Translations under genes and position numbers: made by a program
The notes under the pieces: generated by a model
Databases searched by the model: none
What the model was told of the DNA's origin: nothing
What the model saw: the letters and a program-made list of their open reading frames with translations, nothing else
In this document: positions 13,628 to 27,574 of the stretch, piece by piece
How the letters are laid out: the number at the start of each line of letters is the position of its first letter
How positions within the stretch are numbered: the first letter of the stretch is position 1
Source: Eledone cirrhosa
Lineage: Eukaryota
Direction of reading: 5' to 3'
DNA length: 64,000 nt
NCBI GenBank assembly: GCA_964016885.1
Contig: OZ024742.1
Location: forward strand, 258,788,001 to 258,852,000

Positions 13628-13689
<62 letters not shown>

Positions 13690-13694
<5 letters not shown>

Positions 13695-14455
13695 GGTGGG
13701 TAAAATTATGAGGTACATGGACAGTGTCTCCGTCCTTTATTACTCTCACTATCTCCGCCGTCTTCCGTATATCAGTGTCCGTCCTTAGGGCATCAAAATG
13801 TCATCCTCCGTCTCCTGTTCCAGCGAGTCCGTGTAGAGGTTCCCACATGACCACGGATTGCAGCATCAACTCTGAATGTCGGTGAGCATGTCCAGCTCAC
13901 TTCAGTCTCCTCTCTTTTATTTTCGAATTGACTTTTAGAAAGCTCCCGTACAGCTCTCAGTTCTTCATATTCAGAGCGTAATGGTTAATGTTCAAAGCTC
14001 CTGTACAGATCTCAGTTCTTCATATTCAGAGCGTAATGGTTAATGTTCAAAGCTATTCTCAAAATCGTCGTGTAGCACCCAGCCACTATTTGAGTGAGTG
14101 TTTTGGTCAGTGTCCTTCAAATAATTCTAACAGCTCCCCACCCACATTCATAAACATCTCTTCCGAGATGTGGGTGAAAGTCAGGGACAACCGGAACGTC
14201 TTCAGAGGGAGAGGATTTACCACCGGTCACATCCTATTGCTGACGAAGATTCTTGAGAGAGCTAGATTAAAGAGGCTTCCTGCTGTCAATATATTCGTTG
14301 TCTTCAAAAGGTTTTTTTTACCGAGACTGCTTGATGAAATTGTTACAGGATGGACTCCCCAAGAAGATAGTGGACCTGATATCCCTGCTCTACACAAACA
14401 CAGGAGCTCAAGTTAACACACCTTACGGGATGACCAAGGAGTTCCTTGAGGTGCC
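13690..14455 (+). pseudogene. Decayed non-LTR (RTE-like) RT fragment
   Basis: FRGRGFTTGHILLLTKILERAR...AVNIFVVFK resembles LINE RT FRxxRSTxxHIxxL...FVDFxKAFD. Confidence 0.55.
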
Positions 14456-14668
14456 TATATATATATAGATATATATACTAAAAAAAAACGTTGCCGTTCC
14501 GTTTACATGTATTTAGTTTTTTATTGTGTATCGCAGAGGATTGGCTTCGGGTCACCGATATGATATATGGACCCGACTCCATTATCGATCTCCTCTTCAA
14601 ACTGGCCATGCATGTGCATAGAGTGCTTCTTTTTTGTGCCACCACCAGTAAATCAATGAATAACCCAC

Positions 14669-14724
<56 letters not shown>

Positions 14725-14900
14725 GGAAAAGAATGAAACGAAATTTCATTTCTCACTCTTAGTACGGCTGGTACTTAAATGTAAGTATGTATGTATACGT
14801 ACATACATATATGTATACAGACGCACAGTAGTATGTATATATATACATACATATATGTACGTATGGGTTTAACGAACATTTATTATTATGCTCGGTTTGT
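14725..14900 (-). repeat. 3' fragment of family A (no HHR)
   Basis: Reverse complement of ~1245-1458. Confidence 0.8.
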
Positions 14901-14926
14901 TATATATATATATATATATATATAAA

Positions 14927-15560
14927 TACAATATGTTGAAAAGGTAACGCACTAGAGAGAGATACAGTGCGCTATCAATAAAACATGGAAAAACCACCAG
15001 GGTATGGAATCTATAACCTATGAAAGGCAGAGTATAGACAAGATAATTAAAAATATAAATTAAAGCGTAAATAAATACCTCTATAACTATATAACACACG
15101 TACAAATCCAGCAGCTCGTCTCTCAGAGGCCACTGGTTCACTGACCTTTAACACGCTGTGACTTCTCTCTCCCACGTGTAGCTGGACGGTCGCTTTAAAA
15201 ATTCTCTTAGTTCTGTCTGAAATGTATAGCCTTATACACGCTGATGAACTTGGGTTATTTCATTTCTGTCAACAACTTACTGGCGAAACAGATCACTTTG
15301 GATTTGTACGTGTGTTATATAGTTATACAGGTGTTTATTTACGCTTTAATTTATATTTTTAATTATCGTGTCTATACTCTACCTTTCATAGGTTATAGAT
15401 TCCAGGCACTGGTGGTTTTTCCCTGTTTTATTGATAGAGCGCTGTATCTCTCTCTGGTGTGTTACCTTTTCAACATATTGTACTTTAAAGAGCTCAGGAT
15501 TTCCTCTCCTTTGAGCACATTATTTACAGCGAAATGCGAGAGTCTATGGCTCCGTTAATA
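14927..15560. mobile_element. Inverted-repeat element with HHR (15235-15314, +)
   Basis: Arms ~14927-15110 and ~15299-15482; acacg-CTGATGA(15241)...GAAA(15285)-cagatc actttg gatttg-TA-cgtgt; helix II imperfect. Confidence 0.75.
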
Positions 15561-15599
15561 TATCGTGATATATATATATATATTATATATATATAAATC

Positions 15600-16660
15600 T
15601 TCTTAGCCTTCTCCCATTTTTCCTGTGTGTCCTCAGTCAGTCGTTTGAACGTCTTCTCTCAGAAGTAACTGGCTCCAGCTGATCCGGCCAGATCCCCAAT
15701 CAGCACCAGCCGAGCTCATGAATGTTATCCATGTTGCTCGGAATCTAAAACTGGGTCACCTTCGGGTTGGTTTTAGCCGTAAAATCTTTACAGCGATTCA
15801 CTCCGGAGACAGTGTAACCACAGGCCCATAGTATTGGAGAGGATGGCGGCTCTGCCTGCAATGATTCTCTGATCTCCGATCTATGCACTATATCGAGTAA
15901 CGTTACCCAAAACCCTCCGGAGGAATCCCATTTCGGCCGCTTGTATTCGCTATCGTATTCTGTCTGTTACTACACATGATATATGATTATATGTAACAGA
16001 TGATACAAAACCGTATTCAAGATAGTGTGTTTCTACATGTAATTTGTTTTTACATGTACCTTCCTACTTCTGATTACCGAATGCTGAAGCTGTTGTATTA
16101 ATGTTACAGCAATTATTGCACTTAATTCAGCGCCATGCCTTCCATCTCTTTGTGAATACGTCCCCGAGATTCCTGCTTCAGTGGAAAAACATTCACATAT
16201 AGAGAGCAGTGCACAGGCTTCCTTGTGAGGACGAGTAATTTCAATTCAAGTCATGCAGCTCTTGGCATCAAACATATCAATTGCAAGTCGAAGATCGCCT
16301 CTCAGTTTAATTAACACCCTGTGGTCTACAAATGCCAGTCGATTGATTTTACACCCATGATTTGTGATGCCACTGCCTACCCGACTGTGCTTGTCAATCT
16401 GGTTCATGAAAATATTAAAAGGGAGAGGTGACGGTGCGTATCCTTTGTGGAGTCAGACTCCCACATAGAAGGGTTTCGATTTAGCGCAGTTTATCCGAAC
16501 ATAGGTATTGGGGATTCGTGTAGAGACATCAAGGCAACAAGACGTTGACCATACATACCCTACTTTTGAAGAAAGTTACACAGAGGACCGTAGGAACGCG
16601 ATCATACGTTTTTAGAGGTCTACATAACAAGAATATTCAACGGGGTGGCTTAATATGAGA
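15600..16660 (-). pseudogene. Decayed RTE-like LINE, RT C-terminal part
   Basis: Minus-strand translation gives VGV*L..GYAPSPLPFNIFMNQI and RIQAAEMGFLRR, typical of RTE RT; many stops. Confidence 0.65.
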
Positions 16661-16864
16661 TGCCTCTCTAATTAGAACAACCTCTCTTGTCTCCCTTTTT
16701 GAAAATTTCTATTCTCCCTCCCGATTGCCATTGCTTAGAGACCCAGGCCATCGGGCACACACGAGTCACCGAGAGAATACCTTCATTATTTAAGGCATTT
16801 AAACATTTCCTGCCGATCATACACACATCCACACACACACACACACACACTTTCTTCTATCTTA

Positions 16865-17970
16865 ATATTTAATTTGAGCTTGTCTAGGGTCCTTCTCAAT
16901 ATGTAAGCTAGTTCGCCGCTAGGGTTGGTATTGACGAATATTACACTCTGGTAATTATTGCTATCATACCTTGAATTTATTTTATTTGCCTATTCCTAAT
17001 CCTTTGTTCCAAAATTTGCTCATATACATGCGCACAGTCCCCTTTGCAACATTTTCTACAATCTTTGTCCGAATTAGATATTAAGTTACTTGAAAGACCT
17101 GGTATTCCTGTAAAAAGCCTAATTAGTAGAGCATTCCCATTTCAAAGATCCCCCTCTGCTGATAGAAAATGCATAGTCTACATGCTAAGCCCACAAACTA
17201 GCTGCAAAACTACGAACGTAGTATATAGCATAAGATGTACTGAAGGACTGTCTAGGAATAATAATAGAATATACATAGGTGAAACAGCGCGTAGCATATA
17301 AGGAAGAATAGGTGAACACTGCTGAAATTTCAAGGATGGGAAAAAATCATCAGTACTCCACCAACATGCCAAAGTAGAACATAGGAACACATTAAAGAAC
17401 ATAGAGATAGAAATTATATCCACACACGAAAAGATACAATGCTCAGACAAATCACTGAGTCGACAAACATAAGCGAACTCCAACCAAAATTAAACATATT
17501 TTTAAGTAGAATAGCAACATCATAACTAGTAATTAGGGACAAAATGAAGATATACAGACACACACAAAAACCAAACTAATAAGATAAATCACACACACAC
17601 AGACAGAACAAACAACACTCTAATGGCAAGTAAATAAACACATAAATGAATTTAAAAAAACACACTCACACCCGGATATAATGCATGCACAAACTAAGCA
17701 TACAGCTTACAACACACAAAAACAAGATGGTGTAGGACAGAAAAAAGGAGAGACACAAAATAAAATCCTAGTTACTGAGGAGGTTACCGAATGTGTGACG
17801 AAAGATCTTTCACAATATATAAAGAACGTTTCCGGTTATCGAACCAACCAACCAACCAGCAATTTATAATAAATTGAAGTGAAAACCACAGATGCGTGTG
17901 ATTTTAACAATAACTGTTTCAACACAAGTTTTCAGATAATAAATCTTGCAAAACGATTTCAAAAACGGAG
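16865..17970 (+). mobile_element. Decayed PLE (family F): GIY-YIG + 3' UTR with a 5' inverted segment
   Basis: NVVYSIRC...IYIGETARS; homologous to ~60050-60900; 16870-17030 is the reverse complement of ~59905-60075; HHR-like core CTGAGGA(17775)..GAAA(17800). Confidence 0.8.
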
Positions 17971-18471
17971 CATATATATATATATATATACATACGGATA
18001 GTGGTATGCAGATACAAGTGCAGAAATATATATGGAGTAAAAGCACAAAAGAACATTACACACAAACACTCATGTCGCGAGTGCATAATACAATTTGTGT
18101 ATAACAGAGTGGGGGTAGAGTATTCAGGGCGGTGTATACAGGGTATACAAGTTCTTCCCAAGGTTGGTGCCGAAAGTGGCCACGCCCGTTTCACATGGAA
18201 AAGCTTTGTATTAGACTATATCTAGCACATATATGTTGCTAATTTGTATAGCCTTATGAAGGTTCAAGTTGAGCTATGGTGATGCACGAATAGGAGCACT
18301 TGTTTCTTTGCGCGCGGCATATCACAAAATCAGGTTTTCATCTGAAGATACCGTTCTCATAACAACAACAAATGCACAAATTACAACCGGGATTACATAA
18401 GAGAACCGTTGAAATTATTATTATGATAAACGATTCATGAAACACCAGCAGCACCTTTCTTCATGTCATCC

Positions 18472-18554
<83 letters not shown>

Positions 18555-18621
18555 TATATGATATATATATATATGATTAAAATGATTGGAGATTTATACC
18601 ATGCCTTCGGATCTTTATATG

Positions 18622-18791
<170 letters not shown>

Positions 18792-18811
18792 CATATACAT
18801 ATATATATATA

Positions 18812-18978
<167 letters not shown>

Positions 18979-19350
18979 ATAAAGATCCGAAGGCATGGTA
19001 TAAATTTCCAATCATTTTAATCACGACACATGCTTCAATAAGAGATAGATCGATCGTGTAACCATGATCGATTATCACTGACCGCGTCAGGTGAAAATGA
19101 ATTGTCTTCAAATCCTTGATATGAGGGAGAAAATTAACGGTGTTCACTCACAGAGTTAGGAAGGACTAAATTCTGTGAGTGAACATCGTTAATTTTCTCC
19201 CTCATATCAAGGATTTGAAGATAATTCAATTTCACCTGACGAGATCAGTGATAATCGATCATGGCTACACGATCGATCTATCTCTTATTGAAACATGTGT
19301 CGGGATTAAAATGATTGGACATTTATACCATTCCTTCGGATCTTTATTTT
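18979..19350. mobile_element. Palindromic mini-element with two divergent HHRs (right arm 19232-19305 core-intact)
   Basis: tcac-CTGACGA(19236)-long helix II with atcgatc/gatcgat-GAAA(19290)-catgtg-TC; left arm has core substitutions; extra end fragment at ~18575-18620. Confidence 0.8.
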
Positions 19351-19480
19351 GATACAAATACTCCGTTTTACATCATCTAGCTGTTCCCATAAATGGAATT
19401 GGAGATATACAAAAGCGTGGAGAACTTAATATTGCTGACGAAAATTTAATGGACCGTTTGACACGACCAATAATACACCT

Positions 19481-20147
<667 letters not shown>

Positions 20148-20149
<2 letters not shown>

Positions 20150-21237
20150 TAGCAGAAGGACCCAGTGTTGCACGGGGTAGGAAATGTGAAATATGCAAAG
20201 ATTGAGGAATTTAGCTGTGTACAATTTGAATTCCCTTATTCTCAGGTAGTGATTGTTCATCTACTGGAAACGTAGAACACGAGCAGGCCGAATCCAGTAG
20301 TAGCAGTGTCAGTGGGCTGATTGCGGAAATCATGTATGCGAAAGAGGTAAGTATTGTTGTAAGTATGGTCACGAATTACGTCACGGATGGGGAACACACA
20401 CCAGTCTGAAGGAGCGACGTAGTTAATTGTGTGAAAACCAAGTAGGGATGTACGTTTAAGTAGGGATATTAAGATGACAAAATCAGTGTGGCAACGCAGC
20501 TGCAACAGAAGGGGGTCATAGTGCAATTAACACAAACGCCGGTCGGTACTGTTGCACTGCGTTTACACAGCAACAATGTTGCGACAAAAGGGGTCATCGC
20601 GGAATTAGCACAACCGCTGTTCAGCGTACTTGCGCAGGGCATTCATACTGCGGTGTAGGTGCAACAAAAGGAGTCTTAGTAGAAGTAGCACAGACGTGAA
20701 TTTTACGGTGTCAATAACGCGGCAACGTACACAGGGCCAGAATTTACGCGCGATGAAAGCTCGAAGCGTCAACAGCCCGCCGACAAAATTTATAAGGTCC
20801 TCCTCATTTCCTCAAGTGGTCCTGTAAGTGTTGTGTCCTCTGTTAAATAAACCAAACTTTTTACCGAAATATAATACGTTACTTACGATGTTTAATAACG
20901 TTAATATTGAAAATCAAAATGGCATGTAATACCCAATGCTAATTTGTAAATTTTCTAGAAACCATCAATGAAATCGGAAATGCGACGGAACTAACTAATG
21001 TGTGCTGCAAATTTCGATGAAATCGGCTGGATCATCTTTAAGTTACGCCTCACAAAAGCCTTAAATGCCTTTAAAATGCGGTTTTTCGCCTAATGCGGGG
21101 CCTATGGCAGAAAAAGTTAACATTCTTTAGCCCACTGCGCTTCGAGAAATATAAGTAACGCTTGTGTAATTTTGAAAATATCGGTTGGGTACTTCTCAAT
21201 CTTTAGGGATTTAAACAGACAGACATCCTCTGTTTCA
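20148..21237 (+). mobile_element. Possible non-autonomous Helitron/Helentron-like element
   Basis: Starts actagcagaaggacccagtgttgcacggg (subterminal hairpin) and ends acagacagacatcctctgtttc between (TA)n; resemblance of termini only. Confidence 0.4.
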
Positions 21238-21452
21238 TATATATATATATATATATATTAATAAAATGAATTCCAACTTTGTCTTCTGATTTACTCGTTT
21301 TATTTACAATCCTTTAACATTTATAATGGTATTAGAATGAAATAGTATGGTAGAATATTAAATGTTAAGTGTTAATTGAACAAGTATTTTTATGCTTTCG
21401 CAATCTTCAGGTTCATAATGTGTGGTGACAGTCAAGTTTGCAATTTTCAATA

Positions 21453-21536
<84 letters not shown>

Positions 21537-22559
21537 TATATGATATCATATATACAACTGCAACAGTAACAAGTATTCTTGGGACAATTCACCTTCTAAA
21601 GCCGTGTGCATCTTAACAGGCTTCATATTCATCGTATGGATGAATTACTATTCGTTAATACACTGCATAACCAAGTGTACCACTGTGCATCTTTACTAAG
21701 TAAAGTTTGTTATGTATTTCATTGTACTGAATGTACGGCTTTTAGTGTCAGTCACTTGGTTCTTTATGTATGCAACTTCGGTGGTGGTATTAATGTGTAT
21801 TTATGAAATATGACGGTTGTTTTGATAGAGTCATTGGCGTGGTGGATATATATTTCGGAGCTCTGCATTATGAGGTCAAATACTGCTGCAGTTTCTTTTG
21901 ACATTCGTCCATTGGAGGTCGATAAAGAAAGTCCCGGCCTAATACTGGTACAGACCTATCTTCGTCTCTTTCTTTGACTCTCTCTCTCTTTCTTTGTCTC
22001 TCTCTATCTCTCTATGTATCTCTATCTCTCTCTCTCCTATTCCAACTGTCATATGCTAGGTGTTCCTCGGGATCTAGGGAAAAACGATCAAGAGGGTGTC
22101 TGTGTTAGCGCGTCACAACATGGGTACCGAAATAACTTATTAAGTTGTCATTCTCAATTGCGAATGACGCCTGTCGTTTAATTCATAAAATATAGATGAC
22201 GAACACCGCCAAAATATAACTAATGTTCATGTGCCTTGCATCGTCACGTTCCATTGAGATCATTCAGCGCTGTGTTTCTCGTGAATAAGAATCTAACTTT
22301 CAATAATAGAATTAGGTGCGTGAAGGTATATTTAATTAGAAGATTAAGCGACTAATATATATTCATATATAGTGGAAATTAACATTAGTCGGAGGAAAAT
22401 ATAATTTTTCCATCCGCATCTACTGATAAACACTGTTTTGTTCTTTTTTTGTCGAGGCTATAGCTGATAGCGGTGTTAGTATATATAGCATAGCATGCGC
22501 TTCTTCTGCTGACAAACATACTCAAATATGAATGTCCGTGGCGTAATGTGTGGTATATT

Positions 22560-23260
22560 CGGCTCATGTTTGCATTTTCGTGATTTCGATTCCCGAACCA
22601 TGGTACGCGTTGTGCCCATGATCTATAAATTATACTTCATGTTACTAAATCTACTGAGCAGGAAAGATAAAGTGCACCCGTAATTCAATGAGCCAGCATT
22701 GTCACACTGAGAAATACTCTTAGAACTAACTATGATTGTGTGTTCAATTCCCGTAGCAGGTAGCGCATTGTTCCTTAAGCAATACATTGTATCTCGTGTT
22801 CTTCCAGTTCACTGAACAAGAATAAATGAATGTTACCTGTCTTGTTACACACAGTTTCACGCTCAACGTACTTGAGGACTTCATTAATGATACACGTGTC
22901 TCTACACTGGGTAACTACATATATGTTAATTTCCTGCGTATAAACGTACGTAATTTAGTGGATTTGGTTCGGTTCACAATCGTAAAAGTACGTGTACATT
23001 TTCCGACAATGCCTTGGGATTTAGGGAAGAAACTATATTTCACTTAGCTCCAGTCGACTCAGCGAGTAAAAATTAGTTGTACCTGTAATTCAAAGGACCT
23101 GTCTGCTCCTACAGCATCATGCTGATCCTTCCTGGTAACAAAGTGAAGGGTGCTCGTGTCTGTAGAATGCTCAACCACTTGTATGTTAATTTCAGGTACT
23201 CGATTCAATGCCGACGGAGGTCCAGCAGCTGCAACAGCATAGATAAAATATATTGTGTGT
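22560..23260 (+). mobile_element. Cluster of old SINE-like fragments
   Basis: Repeated B-box-like ttcgattccc/gttcaattccc followed by gcattgt.cc and ctccagt..actcagc motifs; also a diverged SINE at ~21835-21950. Confidence 0.4.
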
Positions 23261-23639
23261 ATCAGTTGTGTATATCAGTTGTGTCTATCTCTTCGTCGAT
23301 GAATGTTCCAATTGTTCGATCAACCAAACAGCATGCTCGAGAAGTCAACGACACGTTTACTCATAACTTAATCCTCAGCGAAAATTAGCGTTAAAACACG
23401 CGTGACAAGTAAGGTTGTTTTAATTACATGTACAAATCATCTATACTAAGAATATGGACTTGAGTAATGTAACATCTGAATGACTTAGTTTTTTATTTGT
23501 TTTGTTTTTTGAGGTAGAGATAGGGAGCACCTCAATATTTTTAAAAATTTCAGTGACTGTTCTTGCAGTTTCTCTAAACATTTCCTCTCATCTATAGAGA
23601 AAATCAAACTTTCCAGTTGTTGTCTTCCTGTTTCTTCTA

Positions 23640-24290
23640 CAACCACTACAACGGTACGCGATGGCGCCCACCCACAGCCCCGGCGGACAGAATGGAGAAG
23701 GCGTTTCCCCGGACGACGGCGAGGGAGACACGCTGGAAGAGTCACTCCAACTCGCGGGGCTCACTCCTGCGGTTGGCTAGCTCAACGCCTATGGTGGTGA
23801 GTAAGGAAGTAGCCCTGGGGCCGAGGACACGAGAAGTCTCCATTGCCAGGGTAGGACCGCAAACCTGTCGGAGAGCGACCGGTATTTGAGGAGTTTGGCC
23901 CCCTCAGCCCGACGTGTAGCAGAACCTGGGTCGGTCGCAGAAAGTATCGGTGCAAGTGACATCCCAGACGAGGGGTTTGCCACCGCGGAACGGGAAGATG
24001 GTCATGCCATCTGGCCTTTGCCGTTCCCTCGATCCAGCCCCACCGGCTCCAGCTGGGAAGGGAAGCCTGCAGCGTCCAAGCCATGTTTAATGACCTCGTT
24101 GAGGGCAGCATGGCGTGGAATGCAGCCGGCACTGTGGCGACAGGAAAGCGGGTGGAGGTCGAAAGAATCCACGGTGGAACCGCAGCAACATTGATGTGAC
24201 TGGCAGATCCAGAGGCTGAGCCTCAGGGAAACGATGCGCAGGCTATGCTTGTCTAGCTGCGTGCCAACATTGTCTTCCTTAAAGACCTAG
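23640..24290 (-). pseudogene. CRE-clade non-LTR retrotransposon 3' fragment (zinc knuckle + restriction-like endonuclease)
   Basis: With frameshifts: CCCG..HPLSC...RHAALNEVI...LEPVGL..(R)PDGMTIFPF..LVWDVTCTDT...AE..K..KY...MET...LFQRVSLAVVRGNA. Confidence 0.85.
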
Positions 24291-27200
24291 TGCACTGCAG
24301 GGAATAGGAATAACTGCAACATAGACACGGAATATCATTTGTATTAGAAAATTATACGGAATAGAATTTTGTATATAAACAGCATCTGTTTCGACGATGA
24401 ATGTTCTTATTATTCCTCCAAATGAACGGCCAAATTATGCTTTAAAAGGATCAATGTCTCACAAATAAGGTTACTCTTACAATTATTCTCCGGGTGATTC
24501 AGTGTGAAAGTGTGTGCAAGGCATAGCTGGTCCTTTAAATTATAAGTAGAAATTAATCGACGGCTTTTTAAGCAGTTTCTGTCTATCCATATTCCATTTA
24601 AGAATCTATAGTAAATAAAAAATGTGCATTGCTGTGTCCACGGGAGAATATACGGTTAAATGTTTCGGACATCATTTGGTTACAACAATTTGTTCGAATT
24701 ACAGAAAAGCCTGCTCGTGACATTAACGTGCACGGACCTGTGCATGTGCACCGTTAACGTAATTCACATGGCGATTCATGTTGGTTGAGAATATGTGAGA
24801 ATGACATGTACAATTTATTTCTTTTTTAAAAGCTGTGTGGACTAGAGCCCGAGGCAATAACACACCAGCCGGTGCATCAATGGAACTAACGACATGGCTA
24901 TCGTTATCTTAACTCAATCACGCAAATCCACACAGATATGAGTAGCATGAAAATAAATTAATTATTCAAATATTAATAATATTATTTTGCTTTCTTTTCG
25001 TCTATTGGTTCTGATTAATTGCCAATTTAGAAAACTTAATTATCATATTGATGACATCCAGCAGAAATGCAATCTCTCAATATAGATATATTTCTTTTCC
25101 CTCCTTACCAGATGTACATAAATATCAGTCTCTTAGATAATGATTGTGTTGGTAATGTTCTCTCACTATATATATAGTATGTATAACGTGTAACACTAAC
25201 GTAGTCTTCTATAATATGAGTTTATACGATATGTTTTGGTTAAATAAATACATAATAGCCTTTCAATGAAAAATGAAAAATAATTTCGCTATGAAAATAT
25301 ACATTTCTTTTCATCTTGGTGCTAACACCATGTCACAGTTATATCAATAGCCTGAGAGAATGCCAGACAAATATTTCAAGATTCGTTAATCTCTCATCAG
25401 TGACACTCATTCAACCGGTGCAGAGATAAAAATAGGCTAATGCCAATGTAGATTGTGTAAATTAAATTCTAGAAATGCTCTTTTGCTGATATCAAACGAT
25501 AAGGTCGACTGCAAGTTAGCATTTAGTACGAAGTTGGCTGGTTACAATTAATTGGCAGTTGCACTGGCATAGCATTACTCATAATATGAAAATCTACAGA
25601 ATATGTTTATGTACAATAAATAAATGAGAGCTTCTCTATTAAAGAAAAATATATTTATATGTATATGTATGTTTATATATTATTTATTATTACTTCTATA
25701 TATATTTATATAGTAGTGTTTTGTAGAGAAAGCAGTGACCACAGTTAGATAAAGTACTTAATATTTAGAGAAGAGGCATGGCGTTTTCAGATGGAAATGC
25801 TTTTGGCAGCATGTTCCATTCATTTGATAATATCATACGAATGAAATATTTTAAATTGTTAATATAGATGTAATTTCAATCGGATTTAAAGTGTATATAT
25901 ATGATAACCAGAGCTGACCAGAAGACTAAACTCATCCATATCAACTAACGGGACACTCAGGATAACAACGTCCCCTGACCACAGACAACACTTTATGGCA
26001 TTTAACCAGCGGCTATCCAGGCAATAAGAACACCAATGAGGAGAACCTTTCCACTCTCACCTGATGCACACAAACTGGCAGACCAGCCTAAATCTCTCTC
26101 CGCACACTTTGAATTCCATCCCAGGCCCTATCTTAACGTTATTCTCGATATTTTACTCTATCTATCTCCCTAACACTCATTTTATAGCCGGACACATTTG
26201 TTTTGGATAACCTTATACGGATCCCGCATATTTCCTTGTCTCTATTATTGTATTATATGAACTTATTATTTTCTTTGTCTACACCATATCTGGTTATCTC
26301 GTATATTGCTGCACACTGTCTTTATATCTCTGCGCCAACCCTAATTAACTCAATCCTTTACTTTAATTCATCATTTTTCATCCTCATGTGCCCCACTCTA
26401 CTATTTCCTATAAGTTACCTTAAGTCAGCCTACACCTGTATTTTAATAATATCTACACTGTATTTTAATAATATCTACACTGTATTTTAATAATATCTCT
26501 AATCCTTCTTCACGTTATTATTTTGATAATCAGTTTAAATTTCCTTGGGTTGACCTACACTACTTGGTCTACACAACCTAATAGCACCGTACGATCAGGC
26601 ACGTTGGTCCGAAGATCTTGATCAGTTTCACAGATATTTGACGCAGACTGTGGGGAACAACCCTACTGCCAACACCCCTCCCGGACATTCCCTTTATATA
26701 TCGTATTATTTCACTTTGTCGTCCCGTTAATGGAGTGCATGAGTTACATGCAGGCGAGGAATCGGATACCTGAATGTAATCCGTAGAGTTTGTCAAACGG
26801 AGAACTAGCGAGGAGTACGGCTATCATGCGTCCAACTATTTCGAACCAGTCAAACTATAACTACACAACATCTACGTTGTACACTCTCGTGTATAGCCTA
26901 GGCATACAGGTAGCTATTTCTTTACTTTTTAATTTTCTTTATTATGAACATTTCCTTCAATATAATTGTTTTTTCATTATATTCATCTCATTCTCACATA
27001 TCTATTCCCTTTCCTTGTGTTCTTAATTAATTGATTAATTAGTTTACTTATTTCCCCTTAATCTATTCTTATATAGTTAATTTGTGGTATCGGTTATAAT
27101 ATTCACAGTTGTTGTGAACAATATGGGATTGTGGGGTTGGGAGGTGATGGATGTCTCTACTATTATAGCAGCCACTGTCACTACTACTTCAAGGGCTCCT

Positions 27201-27574
27201 GAGAGAGAGGAGAGGGTGAATGGGTACCAGATGTTTTCGTTACTTCCTAAACTAAACACCCGGCGATAGTGACGTAGGAACAAAACTGACCAACACTTCC
27301 GCTTACATCCTTAGGGTCATACAGGAGTCGGCCATCAAATAAACTATACCATGCGTTGTTCCGGTCTCCTGTATCATAAAATTATTGGATTTTTCCAAAT
27401 TTAATGGGTTTTTTAGGAGCTTTGAATGTTTATTTTAGGTTTTGCCGTCTGAAGAGCTTACGCTATCATAACTGATATAGACCGCAGTGTAATATGTATA
27501 ACAGAGTTTTAAATAAACCTGAATCAACTCAATATGGTCTTTGATCTGTTATTAATATACATATATATATATTA

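Larger units (their letters stand above)
8890..13633 (+). mobile_element. 5'-truncated Naiad-like PLE with a 1.06-kb inverted pLTR
   Basis: ~8957-10021 is the reverse complement of ~12569-13633; RT/GIY-YIG ORF between them; (TA)n on both sides; HHRs at 8991-9051(-), 12068-12126(+), 13540-13599(+). Confidence 0.93.

Noticed and set aside
25900-27360. GC-richer blocks possibly from a retroelement 3' end
   Set aside because: No recognisable protein motif or intact ribozyme core
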